From Myxococcales bacterium (GTDB taxonomy: Bacteria; Myxococcota_A; Polyangia; Polyangiales; Houyiibacteriaceae): 27,387 bases of DNA. Made by a program: the position numbers and the translations under genes. The notes under the pieces were generated by a model. The model was given only the letters and a program-made list of their open reading frames with translations. It was not told the origin of the DNA and did no database searches. Below, one piece after another: positions 8,430-16,591 of the stretch; the first letter of the stretch is position 1; each line of letters starts with the position of its first letter. The stretch is taken from positions 1 to 27,387 of the forward strand of contig JABDJF010000546.1 of NCBI GenBank assembly GCA_013002645.1, given 5' to 3'.

Positions 8430-11400
8430 ATGGTGCTGGAGGATGGGGACGACACGGGATTTCGCCGTGAGGCGACGCAGGCGTTGGGCCAAGACGACCT
8501 GGTCGACGAGCCTAGGTCAGCGGTTCCCCCCGCCCTTCCCCACGCTACGGGGCAGCGCGGGGCGCAACGATCCGGACTGTCTGACGCGGACCGCGCGCGG
8601 CGCGCGCGCGATTGGATCACAGAGTGCGAGCGCGAGCTGGACCAACAGCCTGACGTTCGGCGCGCGGCCCGTTTGTACTTCGAGATGGCGCGCAGCTGCG
8701 AAGGAACGCTCAAGGATACGCGACGCGCCCTCGAATACTACCAGGCGACTTTGGAGCGCGCGCCGGACTACGTCCCCGCGATTCGCGCCACGCGCCGCCT
8801 CCTTCTCGGCGGCCGAATGTTCACCGAGGCGCTTCCGCTCTTCGACTCCGAGGCGCGCGTCACGCGTAGGCCGAGCGACAAGGCGACGCTGTACCTCTTA
8901 AAAGGGCGTCTGCTCGAAGACGTACTGGGCAATCGAGAAGCGGCGGAGGAAGCCTATCATACGGCGCGTGCATTGGACCGCTCGCACGCCGCGATTCTAC
9001 GAGCGACCGAACAGCGATCGTTCGCCAAACAACTTTGGCCGGACGTCGATCGTAATCTTGCGGAGCTCGCCAACGCGGCCACGTCCGATGACGCACACCG
9101 CGCGGCGCTGATCATCCGGCGGGCGCAGTTGCTCGAAAGCCGGCAACAGCGTCCCGAGCAAGCGGCGGAGCTCTACGAGACGGCGTTTCAACTCGACCCG
9201 AATGCCGTCATCGCGGTGCAAGCGCTGAAACGGCTGTACTATGGGCAACGGCGCTGGCGGGACCTGATACGCACGCTCGAGGCGGAGGCGCAGTTGGCGG
9301 CTGAACCCGAGCTGAAGGCGTCGTCTCTCTACCGCGCGGCGCGCATCCACGCAGAGCTCCTGGGGAATCGGGATGATGCGATCCAGGCGCTCGAGCAGGC
9401 GCGAAGCCTTCAGCAGGGCGATCCGCTGATCCTCGGCGAGCTCGCCCGCCACTACGAATCGGGACAGCGACTCCAAGCCCTCGTCGAAACACTGGAAGCG
9501 CTTACAGAGGCGACCGAGGACGAAGCAGAGAGGCTGACCTATACGCAACGGATCGCTCGTCTGTACGAAGAGGAGCTTCGTGATGTGGATCAGGCCATCA
9601 GCTGGCACGAGCGAGCGGTGGAGCTCGACCCTACGTCGCTCTCGAGCCTGCAAGCACTGAGCTTGCTGTACCGAGTTCGCGGTGCCTGGCCGAAGCTGGT
9701 CGATATGTGTCTTCAAGAAGCACGGTACACGACCGACGCGGAGCGGAGGGCGGATTCCCATGCACGCGCAGCCGAGATCTACGAAACCAGGCTCAATGCG
9801 ATCGACGATGCGATCGAGCAGTATCAACGCTCGCTCAATGCGATGCCGGACCACCCCACGGCATTCAAGGCTCTGGCGCGGCTACTTTCAGACGTTCACA
9901 AGCCCAAGGAGCTAATTCAGCTTTACGAAGATGCCTTGGATCGAGCGAGCGGTTCGAGAGCGGTGTCGTACCTCCTCAAGATCGCGCAAATCTACGAGGA
10001 CGCGCTCGACGAACCTGCGCTGGCTGCTCAAACGTACAAGCGGGTCTTGCAACAGGATTCAGCGCACCTCACCGCGGTCCAAGCGTGGCAGCGGTCCGCT
10101 GCCCGGGCGCACCGGCCGCGGGAGCTTCTAGAGGCGCTCGACTATGAAATCGAGCTCACTGTCGAGCGGGACCGATTGGTCGCTCTCTTGCACCGGGCGG
10201 GAGAGGTGCTCGACGAGCACCTGGATGACCGCGATGCCGCCATCGCCCGGTACCGCCGCGCGCTCGACAAAGACCCCCGTCACGTTTCGACCCTGGCTAG
10301 CCTGGGGCGTCTTTACTACGCGGCGGGGCGTTGGAACGACTTGCTCGAAGTCTACGGTCAGGAGCTCAGGCTCGCTCCGAGTAAGCACCGCCGAGTGGCC
10401 CTACTTCAGAAAATGGCCGAGATCTCTCGCGATCGCTTGGGAAGCGACGATGACGCCCTCCGATATCACCGCGACGCGATCAAGGTCGACCCCTCCCATG
10501 CGCCTTCGCTTCAAGAGCTCGCACGGCAGCTTCGGGAGCGAGGCGATTGGGCGGATTTGGTCGATGTTCTGGAGCTTCAGCTTCGCAACTCGAGCGCCGT
10601 TCGGATCCGAGCGCGAGCAGCATTCTTGCTCGGCCAGGTCTACGAGGAGCACCTGGAGGACAGAACGAAAGCGATGACCGCGTACGAATCCGCGATCAAT
10701 GCGGATGCGAGCTACCGACCCGCGGTCGATGTTCTGGCACGAGTTCGAGCCGAAGAACACGACTGGACGCATCTGCTTTCCGACTTGGAACGCGAGCTGA
10801 AGCTCAGCGAGGATCCTACGCAACGTATCGCCCTGTTCGCGCGGAGAGCGCAGGTCTTGGAGCGTCAAGACAAGCACCGACAAGCGATTCAAGCGTGGGA
10901 GCAGGTGCTGGAAATCGACCAGGCCCATCTCGGAGCCCTGCTTGCCCTAGAGCAACTGCACCGGCAGGTTGGCGCATGGGAATCGCTTTGCGCTGTGTAT
11001 TCGACGCAAGCCGAAGTGCTCGAAGACCCGAGCGGGAGAGTTGCCGCTCTGTACGAGCTCGCTCGGCTCCTCGAGCACCAGGGGCTCGGCGACTACGACG
11101 ATATCGTGGGAGCCTATCGGCGCGTCCTCGAGGTTGCTCCTTCGGACTTGGGGGCTCTGCTCGAGCTCGAACGCTTGGCCTTGGGTCGCAGCGACGCCGA
11201 GCTCCTGCGCGAAGTGGACTCCTTGATTGCGCGCTCGGCGCAGGATCCGTCGGTCGCGGCTGCCCACCGCGCGCGCCTCGCTGAACGGGTCGAAGGGCAA
11301 GAAGACACGCAAGCAATCGAGCAGTTTCGCGCAGCCTCCATTGCAGACCCTTATCACATCGGCGCAGCTCGCGGACTCACCCGGGTCGCAGAGGAAACCG

Positions 11401-13502
11401 ACGATCCAACCGCACTGGTCGACGCGCTCCGACGGGAAGCGGACGCCGAACGCGATGCCAAAGCCGCTTCGGAACTCTACGTGCAAAGTGCACTGGTTCG
11501 TTTGGAGCGCATCGGAGACCACGACGGAGCGAGACGCGACTTCGAGCAAGCGCTCGAGCTCTGGCCCGATTCCACGGAGGCTGCCGACGGTCTCGTGGAC
11601 GTGCTCACGATCGACGCCGCGTGGTCGTCGCTCGTGGACCGGCTTTCCCAGGCCGCTTCGAGCGCGCGATCGGTGGACCGGGCGAGCACGCTCTGGCTGG
11701 CGGTTGCGCGAGTGCAGAGCACCGAGCTCGAGGAGCTGCCCGCCGCCATCCGAACGCTGCAACGCGTTCTGAAAGTCGAGCCTCGCAATCTCGATGCATT
11801 GGACCGCCTCGCACGGCACTTCGCGGCCAATCAATCTTGGCACGAGGCGGCGGCCACGATGGAGCAACTGCTCGCCGCGGCCCCAGGGAACAGCCGCTCG
11901 CGGAGGGTCGTGCTCGACCTTGCCGGTCTGTATCGCGAGCGTTTGAACATGCCTGACAAGGCTCTTCGACACGTTGAAGCCGCTCTGACGACGGAACCGG
12001 GTGACCCCGCGGCGCTACAAGAGCTCTCCTTGATTCACGAAGCGCTAGGGCAACTGCCGCAGGCCCTCGAGGTCACGCGACACCTGCTCGACACGAGCGA
12101 GGGGCGCGACCGGGGAGACGCACTCGTTCGTCTCGGCCAGCTCGAGCACGCGACCGGCAACTCGGAGAATGCGAAGGTCGCGCTCCATCGCGCAGTCGTT
12201 CTGGAAGGGCCGGGGAGTGACGCGACGCGGACCCTCGAATCGCTCTGCACGAGCCCGGGCGACTGGCGGGCCTACGCGGACGCCCTGGGCGAGTATCGAG
12301 GGGACGATGAGCTGGGCCGGGTGATCGCCACTCTCGAAGTCGCCCGCGTCCTATCAGACCACTGCCGGGACGAGCATGCCGCCATCGAAGCACTTCGCGG
12401 CGGGCTCGAAGAGGGTGCCGGAAATGCTGACGTTCGACGCGAGCTCGCGGCGCGGCTCCGCGCTCGAGAAGAATACGCCGAGGCGGTCGAACAGCTCCAA
12501 GCCGTGCTCGCAGAGGAACCGCTGCGCGAGGAGATCTGGCGCGAGCTTGCGATTACCTATCAAGCGGGCGGTCGGGCGAGAGAAGCGCGAATCGCAAGCC
12601 TGCCCCTGCTTCAGATGGGGGCGAACGATGAGCAGGACGACGCGCGGATCTCCGCCGTCGAACCCTGGCCGGCCATGGTTCGACCGAGGTCGCTTCGCGG
12701 CTCCATTTTGGAACAACTGGGTACGCCACGTGCAGAGGACGCTGCGGCAGGTGCTCTTCTCGCCGCCCTGAGCCCAGCGCTCGCCAAGATCTACCCCCCA
12801 GACCTCCAAAGTTACGGGCTTGCGACGCGAGACCGCCTGCCGACCGAAGCCAACCATCCGCTTCGGGAGATCGCAAACCATCTCGCCGCTGCGCTCGATA
12901 TTCGGAGTTTCGATTTGTTCCTGCACCGTGTACGAAACCGCGGCATCACGATCGAGTTCGGCCCTCACCCTGCCATGCTGGTGCCCGCGACCATCATGGA
13001 GAAAGACCCGCAGACCCAGACGTTCATGCTCGCTCAGCCGATGACACAAATCGCCCGGGGCTACCATGCGATCGACAAGCTCACGCCCCGCGAGCTAGAT
13101 GTCTTGCTCGCGTCGGCCGCGCGGATCGTAAAACCGGAGTTTGGCTCGGGCCTGACCAGCGAGGAGTTCTTAAACGAACAAACCCGAAGGTTGCAGCGGG
13201 CGATTCCGCGGCGTGACCGCAAATTGGTACGCGATGCTGCCCTAGCTTATTCCCAGGCCAAACGAGTGAAATTCGACCGCTGGGTCCACGCCGCACAACG
13301 GACCGCGATCCGCGCTGCGTTGCTTCTCTGCGATGACCTCGAGCCGCTCGTTCAAGACGTGCGGAGCCGAATTGCGCCGGAGCGAGAAGCCGAGGGCGAA
13401 ACCTTCGACAGTCATCCAACGTACATCGATGCTCTGAAGTTTTGGTCATCACCGCCAGCGATGTTCTTGCGGGAACACATGGGAATGATTCCCCCACGCT
13501 GA
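8430..13502 (+). CDS. Giant tetratricopeptide-repeat protein (1690 aa) with a C-terminal globular domain; myxobacterial AgmK-like architecture
   Basis: Dozens of TPR-like helical hairpins (A..Y..AL..DP....A...L..LY; AA.IY...L.D...AI..Y..AL) over about 1400 aa. No signal peptide or TM segment seen. Confidence 0.85.
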   Translation: MVLEDGDDTGFRREATQALGQDDLVDEPRSAVPPALPHATGQRGAQRSGLSDADRARRARDWITECERELDQQPDVRRAARLYFEMARSCEGTLKDTRRALEYYQATLERAPDYVPAIRATRRLLLGGRMFTEALPLFDSEARVTRRPSDKATLYLLKGRLLEDVLGNREAAEEAYHTARALDRSHAAILRATEQRSFAKQLWPDVDRNLAELANAATSDDAHRAALIIRRAQLLESRQQRPEQAAELYETAFQLDPNAVIAVQALKRLYYGQRRWRDLIRTLEAEAQLAAEPELKASSLYRAARIHAELLGNRDDAIQALEQARSLQQGDPLILGELARHYESGQRLQALVETLEALTEATEDEAERLTYTQRIARLYEEELRDVDQAISWHERAVELDPTSLSSLQALSLLYRVRGAWPKLVDMCLQEARYTTDAERRADSHARAAEIYETRLNAIDDAIEQYQRSLNAMPDHPTAFKALARLLSDVHKPKELIQLYEDALDRASGSRAVSYLLKIAQIYEDALDEPALAAQTYKRVLQQDSAHLTAVQAWQRSAARAHRPRELLEALDYEIELTVERDRLVALLHRAGEVLDEHLDDRDAAIARYRRALDKDPRHVSTLASLGRLYYAAGRWNDLLEVYGQELRLAPSKHRRVALLQKMAEISRDRLGSDDDALRYHRDAIKVDPSHAPSLQELARQLRERGDWADLVDVLELQLRNSSAVRIRARAAFLLGQVYEEHLEDRTKAMTAYESAINADASYRPAVDVLARVRAEEHDWTHLLSDLERELKLSEDPTQRIALFARRAQVLERQDKHRQAIQAWEQVLEIDQAHLGALLALEQLHRQVGAWESLCAVYSTQAEVLEDPSGRVAALYELARLLEHQGLGDYDDIVGAYRRVLEVAPSDLGALLELERLALGRSDAELLREVDSLIARSAQDPSVAAAHRARLAERVEGQEDTQAIEQFRAASIADPYHIGAARGLTRVAEETDDPTALVDALRREADAERDAKAASELYVQSALVRLERIGDHDGARRDFEQALELWPDSTEAADGLVDVLTIDAAWSSLVDRLSQAASSARSVDRASTLWLAVARVQSTELEELPAAIRTLQRVLKVEPRNLDALDRLARHFAANQSWHEAAATMEQLLAAAPGNSRSRRVVLDLAGLYRERLNMPDKALRHVEAALTTEPGDPAALQELSLIHEALGQLPQALEVTRHLLDTSEGRDRGDALVRLGQLEHATGNSENAKVALHRAVVLEGPGSDATRTLESLCTSPGDWRAYADALGEYRGDDELGRVIATLEVARVLSDHCRDEHAAIEALRGGLEEGAGNADVRRELAARLRAREEYAEAVEQLQAVLAEEPLREEIWRELAITYQAGGRAREARIASLPLLQMGANDEQDDARISAVEPWPAMVRPRSLRGSILEQLGTPRAEDAAAGALLAALSPALAKIYPPDLQSYGLATRDRLPTEANHPLREIANHLAAALDIRSFDLFLHRVRNRGITIEFGPHPAMLVPATIMEKDPQTQTFMLAQPMTQIARGYHAIDKLTPRELDVLLASAARIVKPEFGSGLTSEEFLNEQTRRLQRAIPRRDRKLVRDAALAYSQAKRVKFDRWVHAAQRTAIRAALLLCDDLEPLVQDVRSRIAPEREAEGETFDSHPTYIDALKFWSSPPAMFLREHMGMIPPR

Positions 13503-13518
13503 GATCGCCGCGGTCGGA

Positions 13519-14073
13519 TCAGACGCTGTCGCGGGTGTGCTGGTCGACCCGGTAAATCAACCACCCGAAGGCCAGGACGATGACCAGCGCCATGGCGACT
13601 CCTGAATAGAACGCGGGGCTCGCGAAGAAAGCGATGAGCCCGTAGTCCCGACTGAATTGACGGTAGGAACCGACGACGGACACGCGGCTCCACGCGAGTG
13701 GCCATATTGCCAAGGCGATGAAGATCGTGCCGGCGGCGATCCGTCGGGCTGCCAGATCACGCGAAGATCGCGAGAGCGCCAGTCCGAGCCGGAATCCGAG
13801 CGACGCAGCGCCCAGCAACAGCAGTACCCCTAGCAGGCCCCAGAACCAGGGGGCACGAGCGGTGTCGACCCAGTAGAAAAGAAACCAATCGCCGTGAAAT
13901 ACATAGAAGTAGATTACGGTTGGCAAGAGGACGAAGGCGACGAAGAGCGCGTAGGCGAGGAAGGTCTCCATCCGCCAAATTGGGTCCGAGCTTTGCCTGA
14001 GCTCGTCCCGGCCGGCGTGAGCCGAAAGCGCCCCGGTGGCAATGGCGATGAGCAGAAGGAAAAGTAGCGGCAA
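13519..14073 (-). CDS. Hypothetical integral membrane protein (about 5 TM)
   Basis: 184-aa ORF filling the gap between the TPR gene and the DsbD-like gene; five hydrophobic segments; TTG start is uncertain. Confidence 0.75.
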   Translation of the reverse strand: MPLLFLLLIAIATGALSAHAGRDELRQSSDPIWRMETFLAYALFVAFVLLPTVIYFYVFHGDWFLFYWVDTARAPWFWGLLGVLLLLGAASLGFRLGLALSRSSRDLAARRIAAGTIFIALAIWPLAWSRVSVVGSYRQFSRDYGLIAFFASPAFYSGVAMALVIVLAFGWLIYRVDQHTRDSV

Positions 14074-14143
14074 AGTGATCCCTGCTGAAAGGCTACGTCC
14101 CCGGTTCGTGGACGGTCAACCAATCGAGCACCATAGTTGTAGG

Positions 14144-15463
14144 GTGCGACGGAGCGCCTGGGTCGGTTTGCTTGGATTTGTCGCGGCTTGGGTCGCGGAG
14201 GCGCATGCGTCCGCCGACAGCCTGAGCGAGCTGACCGCGCCCTTTTCGACGGCGCTCCTGGACGGTCGCTACCTGGGCGCCCTGGGTTTCGTCTTCCTCG
14301 CGGGTCTGGCCACCTCACTGACCCCCTGCGTCTACCCCATGATCGCGATCACGGTGAGCGTCTTCGGCGCGAGGCAAGCGGAAAGCCGCGCCAGGGCAGC
14401 GATGCTCTCGAGCGCCTTTGTCCTGGGTATCGCGGCGCTCTTCACTCCGCTCGGGGTCGTGTCGGCGCTGACCGGTAGCGCATTCGGAAGCGCCCTAACG
14501 AGCCCTTGGGTCCTCGGCGCTCTTTCGACCTTGTTCGCGGTAATGGCGTTCAGCATGTTCGGCCTGTTCGACGTCGCCCTGCCTTCGGCGTTGCAGAACC
14601 GGCTCGCTCAGGCGGGCGGCTTCGGCGTGCGCGGCGCTTTCGTGCTCGGCTTCGTCAATGGGCTCATCGCCGCTCCTTGCACCGGGCCGGTTCTCGCCGT
14701 CCTGCTGACCTGGGTGGCTACCACGGGTAATGTCGCGTTCGGCGCACTTGCCTTGTTCATCTACGCGATTGGGATCGGCGTGTTGTTCTGGTTCGTCGGG
14801 ACCTTTGCGATCACGTTGCCGAAGTCGGGGCACTGGATCGAGTGGACCAAAAGCGCGTTTGGAATCGCGATGCTCGCCCTGGCGTTCTACTACCTGCGCG
14901 GCATTCTCCCGTACCCGCGGCCGGCGGTTCGCGAAGAGAATTGGCTTGCCGTGGCGCTCGGGCTGCTCGCTGGAGGCGTCGTCGTCGGGGCGATTCATCT
15001 CTCGTTCAAGAGTGAAACTTGGGGGACGCGCGTTCGAAAAGCGGTCGGGGTAGCCGCCTGCGTGGCGGGCCTTCTTGGAATCGTCGGCTGGGCGGAGGCC
15101 TTACCCCCTGGGGCGCACATTCGCTGGATTGAGAGCTTCGACGCTGGCAAGGCGCAGGCGGTTGCAGAAGCGAGGCCCATGCTCGTCGACTTCGGCGCCG
15201 ATTGGTGCGGAGCGTGCCAAGAGCTGGAACGGGACGTCCTGAGCGATCCCCGAGTCGTCTTGGAAGCCCAACGATTCGTGACCGTGAGGGTAGACCTGAG
15301 CACCGATCGAGCCACGGACGAAAAATGGGCGCTGCTGAAGGTGTACGAACAGCCCGGCCTGCCGCTCGTCGTCCTTCACCACAGCGATGGCTCCGAGGCT
15401 TCCCGCATCACCGGAATGGTGGAGAGCGACGCATTTCTGAAGCTGATGGACGCCGTTCGCTGA
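14144..15463 (+). CDS. DsbD-family thiol:disulfide reductase, transmembrane (beta) plus thioredoxin (gamma) domains only
   Basis: SLTPCVYPMIAIT and GLIAAPCTGPVL (DsbD-beta/CcdA catalytic Cys pair); C-terminal MLVDFGADWCGACQELE thioredoxin fold. GTG 14144 chosen because the longer call overlaps the divergent gene. Confidence 0.9.
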   Translation: MRRSAWVGLLGFVAAWVAEAHASADSLSELTAPFSTALLDGRYLGALGFVFLAGLATSLTPCVYPMIAITVSVFGARQAESRARAAMLSSAFVLGIAALFTPLGVVSALTGSAFGSALTSPWVLGALSTLFAVMAFSMFGLFDVALPSALQNRLAQAGGFGVRGAFVLGFVNGLIAAPCTGPVLAVLLTWVATTGNVAFGALALFIYAIGIGVLFWFVGTFAITLPKSGHWIEWTKSAFGIAMLALAFYYLRGILPYPRPAVREENWLAVALGLLAGGVVVGAIHLSFKSETWGTRVRKAVGVAACVAGLLGIVGWAEALPPGAHIRWIESFDAGKAQAVAEARPMLVDFGADWCGACQELERDVLSDPRVVLEAQRFVTVRVDLSTDRATDEKWALLKVYEQPGLPLVVLHHSDGSEASRITGMVESDAFLKLMDAVR

Positions 15464-15505
15464 CCGGGACTAGCCCGTGCTAGCCTCCGCGCAGGAGTGA
15501 TGGGA

Positions 15506-15826
15506 ATGAGGAAGAATACCCTTACGAGACGCCAGATTCTTCGGCAGGGCGCGCGCTTGGCCGTGATCGGCTCGACGCCCGCCCTGCTCAACGCCTGCAC
15601 CAAGCCGGAGCTTCATTGCGAAGACGTGAGCGGGCTGCGTGAGGGAGACTTGGCGTTGCGTGCGCAGCTCGAGTATCGAGATCTCTCTCCGATCGGCGAA
15701 AGCAAGAATTGCGAGCGCTGCGCGTTCTTCCTTGCAGGCAAGAAGAACGAATGCGGGCGATGCACCCTCGTCAAAGGCCCAATCCACCCCATGGGCTATT
15801 GCAACTCCTGGGCGGCCAAGGGCTGA
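15506..15826 (+). CDS. High-potential iron-sulfur protein (HiPIP), predicted Tat-exported lipoprotein
   Basis: Twin-arginine TRRQIL, lipobox LNAC, HiPIP pattern CERC...C.LVKGPIHPMGYCNSW. SD AGGAG 8 nt before ATG 15506 (alternative starts 15497/15500). Confidence 0.88.
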   Translation: MRKNTLTRRQILRQGARLAVIGSTPALLNACTKPELHCEDVSGLREGDLALRAQLEYRDLSPIGESKNCERCAFFLAGKKNECGRCTLVKGPIHPMGYCNSWAAKG

Positions 15827-15838
15827 CGCACGGGCAAC

Positions 15839-16591
15839 ATGGCACTGTTCGAAGTACGAGGGTTGCGGAAGGCGTTTGGGCCAGAGCGGGTGCTGACTGG
15901 GCTGGACATCGACATCATCGCCGGCGAGGTGATCACAATCATTGGAGAGTCCGGCTCCGGGAAGAGCATTTTGCTCAAAGCCATGATGGGGCTCATCGAA
16001 GTCGACGCAGGTAGCATTCGATTCGATGGTAAAGACGTCGCAGGGCAGACCGAACGACAGTGGACACGAACTCGCCGCCGCATCGGAATGTTGTTCCAAG
16101 AGTCAGCACTGTTCGACTCATTCACGGTGTTCGAGAACGTCGCCTACGCCCTCCGCGAGCAGACCACGATGACCGAGGAAGAAATCGCGGTCCGAGTGTC
16201 CGAAACGCTTGCCTTGGTCGCATTGCCGGGGATCGAGTCGATGGCCCCGTCGGATCTGTCGGGCGGCATGCGCAAACGCGTTGCGCTCGCGAGAGCGGTG
16301 GCGGTTCGTCCGGAGGTTGTCTTCTACGACGAACCCGCTGAGGGGCTCGATCCGATTAACGTCACGCGTGTGAATCGTTTGCTTCTCGGGCTCCAAGAGA
16401 GGCTGCACGTGACCTCGGTGGTGGTGACCCACAACCTCAAGGCCGCGTTCGCGATTAGCGATCGCCTCGCCCTCATTCATGACGGTGTGGTCGCAGCGAC
16501 CGGCGCCCCTGAATCGTTTCTAGATTCGGAGGACCCGGTCGTGCGGGAGTTCATCGGCGACCGCATGAGGAAGGTATTGCGTGCAAGTTGA
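15839..16591 (+). CDS. ABC transporter ATP-binding protein, MlaF/Ttg2A-like
   Basis: Walker A GESGSGKS, Q-loop GMLFQESALFDS, signature LSGGMRKRVALARA, Walker B FYDEP, H-loop VVTH, C-terminal DPVVREFI. Confidence 0.9.
   Translation: MALFEVRGLRKAFGPERVLTGLDIDIIAGEVITIIGESGSGKSILLKAMMGLIEVDAGSIRFDGKDVAGQTERQWTRTRRRIGMLFQESALFDSFTVFENVAYALREQTTMTEEEIAVRVSETLALVALPGIESMAPSDLSGGMRKRVALARAVAVRPEVVFYDEPAEGLDPINVTRVNRLLLGLQERLHVTSVVVTHNLKAAFAISDRLALIHDGVVAATGAPESFLDSEDPVVREFIGDRMRKVLRAS

Noticed and set aside
8409-8433. ATG-TAA start-stop ORF and a perfect Kozak-like GCCACCATGG at the TPR gene start
   Set aside because: Kozak context is meaningless in bacteria. The ATG is only 4 nt from the SD-like GGGAG and is equally explained as part of a -10-like TAGCAT; too little evidence.
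8997-13067. Several 150-340 aa - strand ORFs inside the TPR gene (and 16551-17462 inside the nuclease)
   Set aside because: Shadow frames of well-supported genes.
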